Shown here piece by piece: positions 10,111 to 18,165 of a stretch of 26,332 nucleotides of DNA. The notes beneath the pieces were generated by a model. That model had not been told where the DNA came from. It worked only from the letters and a program-made list of their open reading frames with translations, and did no database searches. The first letter of the stretch is position 1; the number at the start of each line of letters is the position of its first letter. The DNA lies in contig NZ_JAEDAM010000004.1 in NCBI RefSeq assembly GCF_018420025.1, positions 1-26,332 of the forward strand. The letters are read 5' to 3'. A program made the position numbers and the translations under genes. The DNA is from Candidatus Vampirococcus lugosii (GTDB lineage Bacteria > Patescibacteriota > Gracilibacteria > Absconditabacterales > Absconditicoccaceae).

Positions 10111-11642
10111 TTTTTCCTTATCTTAACAACTTCTTTTTTTAGTTTTAGTAAACTTTTATAGTTTATGATCAAAAATCATAATCAAAATATAGCAAAAGCT
10201 ATCATCAAGTACAATAAATTTTCATACCTTGCACTATTTGTATATTCAAAAAAAATTCATTTCAAACTATATAGTATAAGTCATACTATCAAAAAATAAA
10301 CTATATTTCAAAATAAAAATCACCTATAAAGTATGATAGGGTTTTTCTTATATATGTAGATAAATGAAAATAAAAACATCATAAACCAAGCTATGATACT
10401 TGATATAACTGCTCCATATACTCATATAAAAGGTATCAAAGCTCCATTTATAAGGATATTTACAAGTGCAGCAAAAGCTATTATCTTTACTCTATTTTTT
10501 GGTTTTCCATAAGCATTTATCACTACAAAATTGAACTGAAATAAAACTTTTAGAACCAAAAATAAAGCTATAAACTGTAAAAGTATACCAGAAAGTAAAA
10601 AATGATCACCAAATAATACTATAGATACTATATCTCAAAATAATAAGAAAAATACTCAAAGTGCAAAAAATATAATTCAAAAATAATTATAATATATGTT
10701 TTGTAATATCTTAATTTTAAAATTTTCTTTTTTTTCTATAAGCTCTGTGATGATAGGCAAGAAAAGTTGCATGATAGGTCATATAAACATTCATTGTATC
10801 ATAAACAAACTTTTAAAATTTGTATAATATCCTGCACTTTCTGTTCAAGCAAGGAACAAAACCATCTGTAAATCTATCTGTCACATAACAACTCATGCTT
10901 GACCTCAAAGTAATGCCCATAATCCATAACTATGAAAACTTTTTAAAGTATCTTTATTGTATGATATATCTATCTTTTGAAGTTTAACCTTTTTTAAAGC
11001 TTTTATATATAAAAATATACAAGAAAGTACAAAAGCTATAACTCATCAAAGTATCCAAGTAAGAAAATAATTTTCTATACTACCATTTTCAAAAAGAAAA
11101 AAACTTAATGTAAAAGCAAATATAAGCCACATTCTTATAGCATTTGAAAATCTTTGATAGAATATTTCTTGAAAAGAATTTAATATATTATTTACAAGAC
11201 CATATAAATTTAAAAGTATAAAATAAGCTATAATATAGTATATAAAAGTTTTACTAGCATAAGAATCAAGATATATGTTTGATATCACATCTGCTCAAAA
11301 GTATATAAGTAAAGATATGATAATAGAAAAAAATATTTGAAAAATGATAGTATATCATATCAAAAATCAAACTTTTTTATCTTCACCTTTAGCAAGAAAC
11401 TTAGGTATAAAATAATTTAAAGCTCACTTATTTCAAAGATCTCAATATATTACAAGTATACTTACAAGTCAAAGAAGTGAATATATAATTCAAATATCTG
11501 AAACTCATAGATCATTTGAAAGTATAGTTCTTATAAGATATCAAGTAGGAGCTATGATAAAAGCAAAAAAGTATAACCAAAATCATTTAGTTAATAATTT
11601 CTTTGCAAGTGTTTCTTCCTTGAAAAGTTGATTATCTTTCAT
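10107..11642 (-). CDS. wzx: MOP-superfamily oligosaccharide flippase (Wzx / polysaccharide biosynthesis protein)
   Basis: The 511-codon minus-strand frame was checked triplet by triplet for TAA/TAG. It contains track ORF 11046-11288 in frame. The protein is hydrophobic with many helix-length segments. The N-terminus MKDNQLFKEETLAKKLLTKGFWLYFFAFIIAPTGYLIRTILSNDLGVSDIG is typical of Wzx/PST proteins. It sits beside the glycan locus. Its stop codon (complement of 10107-10109) overlaps the ATPase stop at 10108-10110. Confidence 0.75.
10114..10162. repeat. wzx-tail repeat, copy C (functional 3' end of the flippase gene)
   Basis: Sequence is TTCCTTATCTTAACAACTTCTTTTTTTAGTTTTAGTAAACTTTTATAGT. On the minus strand it encodes the last residues NYKSLLKLKKEVVKIRKN* of the 10107-11642 ORF. 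Confidence 0.85.
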
Positions 11643-11675
11643 TTATATTTGATTTTTTTAGGTAAATAATAAGTT
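11642..11675. repeat. 34-bp direct repeat, copy 1 (immediately upstream of the wzx start codon)
   Basis: TTTATATTTGATTTTTTTAGGTAAATAATAAGTT is identical to 12953-12986. Position 11642 is the A of the wzx ATG on the minus strand. Confidence 0.9.
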
Positions 11676-11725
11676 AAGAAAAATTAATTTTCATATTTAT
11701 TAAATTTATAAGTTCTTGAATTAAA

Positions 11726-12337
11726 TTATTTTTTACAAAAGTTTTTTTGGTCTTGAGTTAAAACTTCTCATAGTCAATCAAGTATCTTATAGTTTTTAGG
11801 TGATTTTTCTAATTTTTCTCTTATTTGTATGAGTGCTTTTTTGTATGTTTTTCAAGTTCTTTCTTCTATAACTTTCTCATTTACATCAAAAAGATTTTTA
11901 AAGAAAAAGTATATATCATATATATCTCTATTTGCATTTCTTTCAATAAAAGAAACAAGTTTATTTGCAAATATAGTTGATTTATCTTGTACTTTTATAT
12001 CTGTTCCATAAAAATTTACTATTTCATATTTATTATTTTTCCAAATTTTCCTGTTTATATCTATTTTTATATTTACATCATATTCTCAGTAAGAAAGCAA
12101 TATATTATGACCTTTTTTAACTTTTCAGTATTTTTTTAATATATCTACCATCTCCTCATCTACTTGCTCAAAGTCTTCCAAAAGATCAAAATCTAAATCT
12201 GTAGAAAATCTATCTAATCAATATAAAAAATAACAAGCAGTTCATCATTTAAAAGCCAAGTATTTACCAAGTTTTGATGAAAAAATATCCTTTAATATTA
12301 AAAACATAATTTGTCTATGTTTATCAGTATTAAGCAT
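11726..12337 (-). CDS. abiEii: AbiEii/AbiGii-family nucleotidyltransferase toxin (type IV TA, DUF1814)
   Basis: The 203-codon frame was checked for stops. The N-terminus MLNTDKHRQIMFLILKDIFSSKLGKYLAFKGGTACYFLYGLDRFSTDLDFDL carries the KGGTA...R.S.DLDF nucleotidyltransferase signature of AbiEii. It overlaps the upstream gene by 8 nt (ATGCTTAA). Confidence 0.8.
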
Positions 12338-12890
12338 TGTTTAGTATTTTTTTAATTTCTAAAATAACTCTTTTATTGTATATCAAACTTATCTTTTCTA
12401 ATTTATCTTTATCTATATCTTCTAAATTATCAAAATAATAGTTTGCTGATAAATATAACCTATCACAGATAGCTCTTTCCTTGCTTGCTATCATATAGTT
12501 TCATTTGTTTATAATTCATATAGGATTTAAAAGAATATCTTTTTTTAGGTTTAAGTATCTAAAATTAACTCCTAAAAACTGTTTTGTAATAGTATTATCA
12601 CTTGCAAGAAATATAGTGTCTTGATAATCTTGAAATATAATTCATTCTTTTTTAAGAACTGTTTCAAAGCTAATATATGAATTTTTTTTAAGTTTTGTTG
12701 AAAGTTCAAGTTTGTTATATTTTTTTAATGTATATATTCATTTAGTTATATAGTCAAAAATACCGTTTTTTACTCATCTTGAAAAAAAACTTTTTATAGT
12801 TTCTTTATTTTCTATTCATACAATATTTTTTATATCATTGTATGTAAAAACTGTCTTTCAAGATCAGATTATTTTATCTATATTTTTCAT
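12330..12890 (-). CDS. abiEi: AbiEi-like antitoxin / transcriptional regulator
   Basis: The 186-codon frame was checked for stops and is translationally coupled to abiEii. The N-terminal wHTH-like segment is FTYNDIKNIVGIENKETIKSFFSRGVKNGIFDYITKGIY. The C-terminal SKERAICDRLY is as in AbiEi_4-type antitoxins. Position and size fit the family. Motif evidence is moderate. Confidence 0.65.
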
Positions 12891-12903
12891 ATATCATCTC
12901 ATA

Positions 12904-12927
12904 AGGTTTAAATCTAAACCTATTATA
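12904..12927 (-). promoter_or_regulatory. Candidate abiE promoter -10 box with overlapping inverted-repeat operator
   Basis: The minus strand reads TATAAT (complement of 12922-12927), followed directly by AGGTTTA-GATT-TAAACCT. This is a perfect 7-bp inverted repeat (plus 12904-12910 / 12915-12921), 14-31 nt upstream of the abiEi ATG. AbiEi proteins are known to autoregulate through inverted repeats. The AT-rich background makes chance matches likely. Confidence 0.35.
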
Positions 12928-12952
12928 ATGAAATTATGTAAAAATCAATATT

Positions 12953-12986
12953 TTTATATTTGATTTTTTTAGGTAAATAATAAGTT
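12953..12986. repeat. 34-bp direct repeat, copy 2 (upstream of the abiE operon)
   Basis: Identical to 11642-11675. It lies 63 nt upstream of the abiEi start. Confidence 0.9.
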
Positions 12987-13127
12987 TCAATGTATCTATA
13001 TCATATATTATATATAATTTTTTATTCAAATTACTGAAAAGATTTTAGTTTTTTATGATGAATAGCTATAAAATATTTATTTTTTGTAATATTTTGTTTT
13101 TGCATATTAAAAAAATATTTAAAATTT

Positions 13128-15206
13128 TTACAAAATTCATGTATACCAGTGAATATCTTTTATTATTTGTTTTTCAAATGCTCATGGTGCATAATATACA
13201 TATATATGATCAAAAGATATTTTACTTGACATAAGATTTAATAAAAATTCAAATCATCAAACTACTATTTTTTTATTTTTTATTTGAGAATAGTAAATAT
13301 TTTTACCAACTCATCAAGTAATATTTTCAAATAATAATTCATAATTAAGATTATAGTTATTATTTAATAAATATTCAAAAAGTTCTTTAGATTTATTTTT
13401 ATTGACACAAAGTATAAATATATTATTATGTTTTGATATATTATCAATTATTTTATTTTTATCATTTTGTTTAGATAATTTAATATTACTATAAGATTTA
13501 TCACCTCATATTGAATAAAATCATTCTTTAGTATTATTTGAAAAAAATACAACTTCATTTTTATCAAAAAAATCCATAAATTCTTGATAATTAATTAAAT
13601 TATTTGTTCTATAAAATGTAAAATAAAATTTATTTTCATCATACATCATTTTTTTTATCAAACAAATATTATTGAATATATCGTCCATATCATCAAAAAA
13701 ATCTACAATACAATCTCTATCTTCATTTTCTAATTTTTCTGAAATAACAAGTAAATCTTCTCTCAGAGAATTAAAAAGTTTATTTGATAAATAAAAATCA
13801 ATATTTCATTTGATATAATCAATTTCTACTATATCTTTTGAAATTCAAATAAATTGTTTTGTTATTTCTTTGAAAAGAATACCAGTAAATATAATAAATT
13901 TAGTATAAAATTTATTTAATTCATATATATCAAGTCATTTAATTTCATATTTATATATAAAAAATTCAAGTTTATAAATAACAAAATATAGATCAAATGG
14001 TTTATTTAAATATTTTGATAAACTATTGTACCAAGTATCCCGATCAAAAAAATAAATTTTGTAATCAGATATATTTTTATTTTTTATAAATTCAAATAAA
14101 TTATAATGATTTGCTAGAACTATATCAGATAATTTTTTATCAATTCACTTTTGCAAAAAATTAGAAATTTTGAAATCATTTGCCAAAGATAAATCCAAAA
14201 ATCAATGTCATTTATCATATTGACTAAAATACTTTATTAAAAAATTAATTTCAAAAAAATTAAAATTATCTTTTCATAAAAATAAATTTGTATTTTCTTT
14301 ATCAAAAATAGAATTATTTCCCAAATATCAAATATTTTTTACTCATAAATTTGATAATAAAGTTTTTGCAATTTTAAGTTTTGATGGATTTTGAAAACAA
14401 ATAATTCATTTTTTATTTGTTGTTGCTATATCATACAAAACTTTTTTGAAAGATTCATCTCATACATAAAATTTATCTCAATCTTTTGATTTAGAAATTG
14501 TATTATCAGGTCATTTATTTATAATTTTGGAATTAACAGCTACTTCTTTTTTTAATCAAGGTAAAAAATAATTTGATTTATCTACATAATAATCATCTTT
14601 TATATCAAATATTTGATTATAAATACTTTCTGATCTTAAAATACAATTTTTTAAAATAGGAAATTTATTTGACAAATTTCAAAATCTTTCAACAAAAAAT
14701 TTAAAAATATTATAAGATGCCAAGCTATCTGTCAAAGCATCATGATAGTCTCAATCAATAATTATATTATATTCTTTTTTTAAAATTTCACTTATAATTT
14801 CCAAAGAATAACTCGGTAAAAAATGAAATATACTATGCGACAAATGAAAAGTATCCAAAGTTTTAACAAAAGATAAATCCATATATTTTGATAAAATATT
14901 TATATCAAACATAATATTATGTCAAATAATAACAGTATTTTTATCAAAATATTTTGAAATTTGCTTCAGAATATCTTGTATATACGGTGCATCTTGCAAA
15001 TCATTAACATTAATATTAGTTACGAATTTTACAATATTTTTTAAATCTAAACTGTTTGATTGTGGTTTTATATAAGATTTATATTTTTCTAATATATTAA
15101 AATTATTATCAAATTTTACTATTCATATTTGAATGGGTTCATCTTTTTTGATATCTAATCAAGTTGTTTCTAGATCTAGAGATATATAATTTAAATTTTT
15201 AAGCAT
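13128..15206 (-). CDS. dinG: DnaQ-type DEDDh 3'-5' exonuclease domain fused to a degenerate DinG-like helicase region
   Basis: The 692-codon frame was checked triplet by triplet. Exo I is ISLDLETTGL, Exo II is IIGHNIMFDINIL and Exo III is YHDALTDSLA, all in the first ~170 aa. The long C-terminal region has DinG-like end segments (VVGGFEFLLNL...YVYYAPGAF). I could not find a GxGKS/T Walker A. Confidence 0.7.
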
Positions 15207-15299
15207 AATCAAATTAATAAATATAAAAATACAATATTTATTGTATACTAAATAATTTCTTGAATTCAAGATTTTTAATAAGTTTTTATCAATTTTTAA

Positions 15300-15338
15300 A
15301 ATAAACAAAATGATGAAGTTTTTTGTCAACTTCATCAT
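15300..15338 (-). terminator. Rho-independent terminator after the clpC-like gene
   Basis: A perfect 11-bp stem ATGATGAAGTT (15310-15320) / AACTTCATCAT (15328-15338) has a 7-nt loop. On the minus strand it is followed by TTTTGTTTAT. It lies 22 nt after the stop codon. Confidence 0.7.
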
Positions 15339-15359
15339 AGTTTATATACTTAATATAAA

Positions 15360-17390
15360 TTAAACATTTTCAATTATTTCTTCTATTATTTTTGGTTCTA
15401 TTTGTTCATGAATATATCTAGAAATTGGTCTAGCTCAATATTCAGGTGCATAAATTTCATCAATAATAGATTGTATATTTTTTACATTATATTTTGGTAC
15501 TGATATTCATTTTTTTTCTTTCCATAATCTTGAAAATTCTTTATATTCTTTTTGAAAAATATCAATCATTATTTCTTTGGAAAGAGGTTTAAATACTATA
15601 GTATTATCTAATCTATTTAATAATTCAGCAGATATTTCAGATTTCAACTTTTCCATAACTCTTTCTTTCACTATATCAAAATCTTTATCAAAAGAATCTT
15701 TTGAAGATTTATTATTAGTTCAAAATCAAATTTTTACTACTTTTTTGGCAAATTCTTCCGATCAAATATTTGAAGTAAGAATTATTATAGTATTTTTGAA
15801 GTCAATTAATCTTCATTTATTATCTTTTAGTGTTCATTCATCAAGAATTTGCAACAAAATATTTAAAACATCAGGAGATGCTTTTTCTATTTCATCAAAT
15901 AATATAATACTATAAGGATTTCTTCTTACAGATTCTGTAAGAGTTCATCATTCATCATAACCAACATAACCAGGAGCAGATCAAATAAGTTTACTAGAAC
16001 TATTTCTATCCATATATTCCGACATATCAACTCTAATAAGTGACTTTTCGCTTTCAAAAAAATGTTTTGCTAACAATTTAGTAATATAAGTTTTACCAAC
16101 ACCTGAAGGTCATAAAAATAGAAATGATGCAATAGGTTTTTGTCTATCTATCACAGATATACGATTTCTTTTTATATAGTTTACTAAAGATTGAACTGCT
16201 TCATCTTGTCCAACTAAATCTTTTTTTATCAAAGTATCCAAATCTTTAAGTTTATTTAATTCTGATTCATTAAGTTTAGATTTAGGAATTCATGTTTTCA
16301 TAGACAAAACTTCACTTATATTTATACTATCAACATTTGTTCTCAAATGTTTTGGTAATGAATTTTGAGATCTAATATTTTTCATTTCTTGTTTCAAATT
16401 TTCTTCTTCTTCTTTAAGTTCCGCCGCTTTAAAATAATCTTGATTTAAAATTGATGCTTGTATTTTTTTTTGCAAAATTTCAAGTTTTTTTTCTACTTGT
16501 TTGTATTCATCATTTTTTTCTAATTTTTCTCATAAAGTAGATTGTCTTGCACATGCTTCATCAATTAAGTCTATTGCTTTATCAGGCAATTGTTTATTTA
16601 ATATATATCTTGAACTTAATTCAACAGAAGTATGTATTGCATTATCTGCAATATTTACACCATGAAATGATTCAAATTTTTCTCTAATACCAAATAAAAT
16701 TTTTTTAGTATCTTCATTACTAGGTTCATCAACATTTACTTCTTGAAATCTCCTTTTTAATGCAGGATCTTTTTCAATATGTTTTTGATATTCGTCATAT
16801 GTTGTTGCACCTATTAATTGTAATTTACCTCTAGATAAAAAAGGTTTAAGTATGTTTGCGGCATCAGCTCATCATTCTGTATTTCAAGCTCATATTATAG
16901 TATGTAATTCATCAATAAATAAAATAATATTATTAGTAGGATCAGTTGCTTCTTGTATAATAGTTTTTAATCTTGATTCAAATTCTCATCTATATTTGGT
17001 ACCAGCAACCAGTCCACCAACATCAAGCATAAAAATTCTTTTATTTTTTAATTTCTCAGGGACATCATTATTTTCTATTTTTTGAGCTAATCATTCAACT
17101 ATAGCCGTTTTACCAACTCAAGCTTCTCATATAAGTAAAGGATTATTTTTTGTTTTTCTCAAAAGAGTATATATAGTTTGCTGAATTTCTTCATATCTAC
17201 CTATCACTGGATCCAAATATCAATTTCTTGCTTCAAAATTTAAATTTGTTCAAAAATGTTCAATAGTAAGTTTTTTTTCTTCTACTTGTGAGGAAGTGTC
17301 TATTTTACTATCATCTCAATTATTTGTTCAATCTATAAGATCTTGATCCGATTCATTTTTTATTGACTTATAATTATTGTTTATATACAT
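15360..17390 (-). CDS. clpC: ClpC-like class I Clp/Hsp100 AAA+ ATPase lacking the Clp_N domain
   Basis: The 676-codon frame was checked for stops and contains track ORF 16290-16475 in frame. D1 motifs are [23 protein letters not shown] and ILFIDELH. The UVR-like linker is [20 protein letters not shown]2 motifs are [21 protein letters not shown] and GARPISR. The ClpP-docking loop is KIGFG. Only about 45 residues precede D1. Confidence 0.9.
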
Positions 17391-17488
17391 ATTTTATTTT
17401 TTAAGATATTATTTTTTAAATTTATTATTAATTTTTACTTTTAAGTAATTAATATTTATATATTAAACTTAAAATAAAATTAAATATA

Positions 17489-17701
17489 TTATTTTTTAAA
17501 AACATTTTTTAGACAAAATCTTTTCATTTCTTTCATTCATGAAAAAAAGAAATTAAATTTATTTTTTAAATTATTTTTTAATTTAGAAAAAAATGATTTT
17601 CATTTTGGAGATTTGGAAAATCAACCAAATCACAATAATGCTGTACCTATAACACCACCTATTATTACTTTATTAATTTTTTTTTCAAATAGATTCTTCA
17701 T
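17489..17701 (-). CDS. Small hypothetical protein (70 aa), possible single-pass membrane protein
   Basis: The ATG at 17701 opens MKNLFEKKINKVIIGGVIGTALLGFGGFSKSPKG... with one hydrophobic Gly-rich segment and a basic tail. No family was recognised. It is supported only by an open frame and a plausible upstream promoter. Confidence 0.3.
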
Positions 17702-17740
17702 AATTATTTTTTTAAGATAAATATATAAAAAAGTTTTTTG

Positions 17741-17768
17741 ATTATAATAATTTATAATATAAAATCAA
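17741..17768 (-). promoter_or_regulatory. Candidate sigma70-type promoter for the small ORF / clpC unit
   Basis: The minus strand reads TTGATT, a 16-nt spacer, then TATAAT (complements of 17763-17768 and 17741-17746), about 40 nt upstream of the ATG at 17701. Such hexamers arise easily by chance in this AT-rich DNA. Confidence 0.3.
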
Positions 17769-17790
17769 TATTAGTTGACTTTAATTTTTG

Positions 17791-17978
17791 TATTAAAAAA
17801 ATAATTAATAATCTCATTATTTTATATACAAATAAATTAATTTTATCAAGTTTACAAATTTTTGTAATACTGACAAATATTATTAAATAAACAATTTTTG
17901 CATTTAGGATTTTTTGCAAGACATTGATATCTACCAAAAAATATAAACAATTGATGAGCTTTATTTTTTCTGTTATTA
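17791..17978. repeat. 188-bp perfect direct repeat, copy 1 (orphan nth 3' end plus 61 bp downstream)
   Basis: Identical base for base to 21890-22077 by manual comparison of the full strings. On the minus strand it encodes NNRKNKAHQLFIFFGRYQCLAKNPKCKNCLFNNICQYYKNL* but is preceded by an in-frame stop (complement of 17984-17986). It is therefore a gene fragment, not a gene. Confidence 0.95.
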
Positions 17979-18053
17979 AGTGTTTAATCTCATTAAACTA
18001 TTAGAAAGCTGTTATTCTATTATTTATTTCAGTCTACAAAGATGAGTTTAAAT

Positions 18054-18105
18054 TTATAAAAAAATCAAGAAATTAAAGTAATTATATTTTACTTAATTTC
18101 TTGAT
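18054..18105 (-). terminator. Rho-independent terminator after the secreted-protein gene
   Basis: The stem ATCAAGAAATTAAAGTAA (18064-18081) / TTACTTAATTTCTTGAT (18089-18105) has one bulge and a 7-nt loop. On the minus strand it is followed by a T-run (complement of 18058-18063). It lies 60 nt after the stop at 18166. Confidence 0.65.
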
Positions 18106-18165
18106 TTTAGTAACAGACAATTTCTATTATAACTAGAATTATTATTTTTAATCTAAAAAATTAAT

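Larger units (their letters stand above)
7245..10113 (+). mobile_element. Putative tandem insertion of two ATPase cassettes into the 3' end of wzx (no recombinase seen)
   Basis: The interval is bounded and subdivided by three copies of the wzx tail (7196-7244, 8598-8641, 10114-10162). It separates the convergent sulfotransferase and wzx genes of one glycan locus. Confidence 0.4.
11676..12952 (-). mobile_element. Putative inserted AbiE toxin-antitoxin cassette bounded by 34-bp perfect direct repeats
   Basis: The 1277-bp segment lies between identical repeats at 11642-11675 and 12953-12986. It contains only abiEi, abiEii and their promoter region. Confidence 0.4.

Noticed and set aside
7196-10162. 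The three ~45-bp repeats as a CRISPR array or integron attC sites
   Set aside because: Spacing is ~1.4-1.5 kb, with full-length genes between the copies. There are no cas or intI genes. The repeat is the coding 3' end of wzx, not a palindromic attC.
7196-10162. Diversity-generating retroelement (TR/VR pair), since CPR genomes often carry DGRs and the copies differ at A/T positions
   Set aside because: There is no reverse transcriptase in the window. There are only 2-3 differences and they are not adenine-specific in a consistent strand. The copies lie at a gene tail, not in a variable ligand-binding domain.
15577-17085. Plus-strand track ORFs 15577-15915 and 16852-17085
   Set aside because: They are antisense to the strongly supported clpC-like frame and have no recognisable motifs. 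The same reasoning applies to 8737-8958 and 9696-9935 (antisense to ATPase 2), 25442-25660 and 25759-25956 (antisense to pcrA), and 4555-4788 (antisense to the FkbM gene).
17752-17937. Track ORF (61 aa, minus) inside repeat copy 1
   Set aside because: It is out of frame relative to the nth-tail coding sequence, has low-complexity Ile/Leu/Lys composition, and lies within a duplicated gene fragment. It is best explained as a chance ORF.
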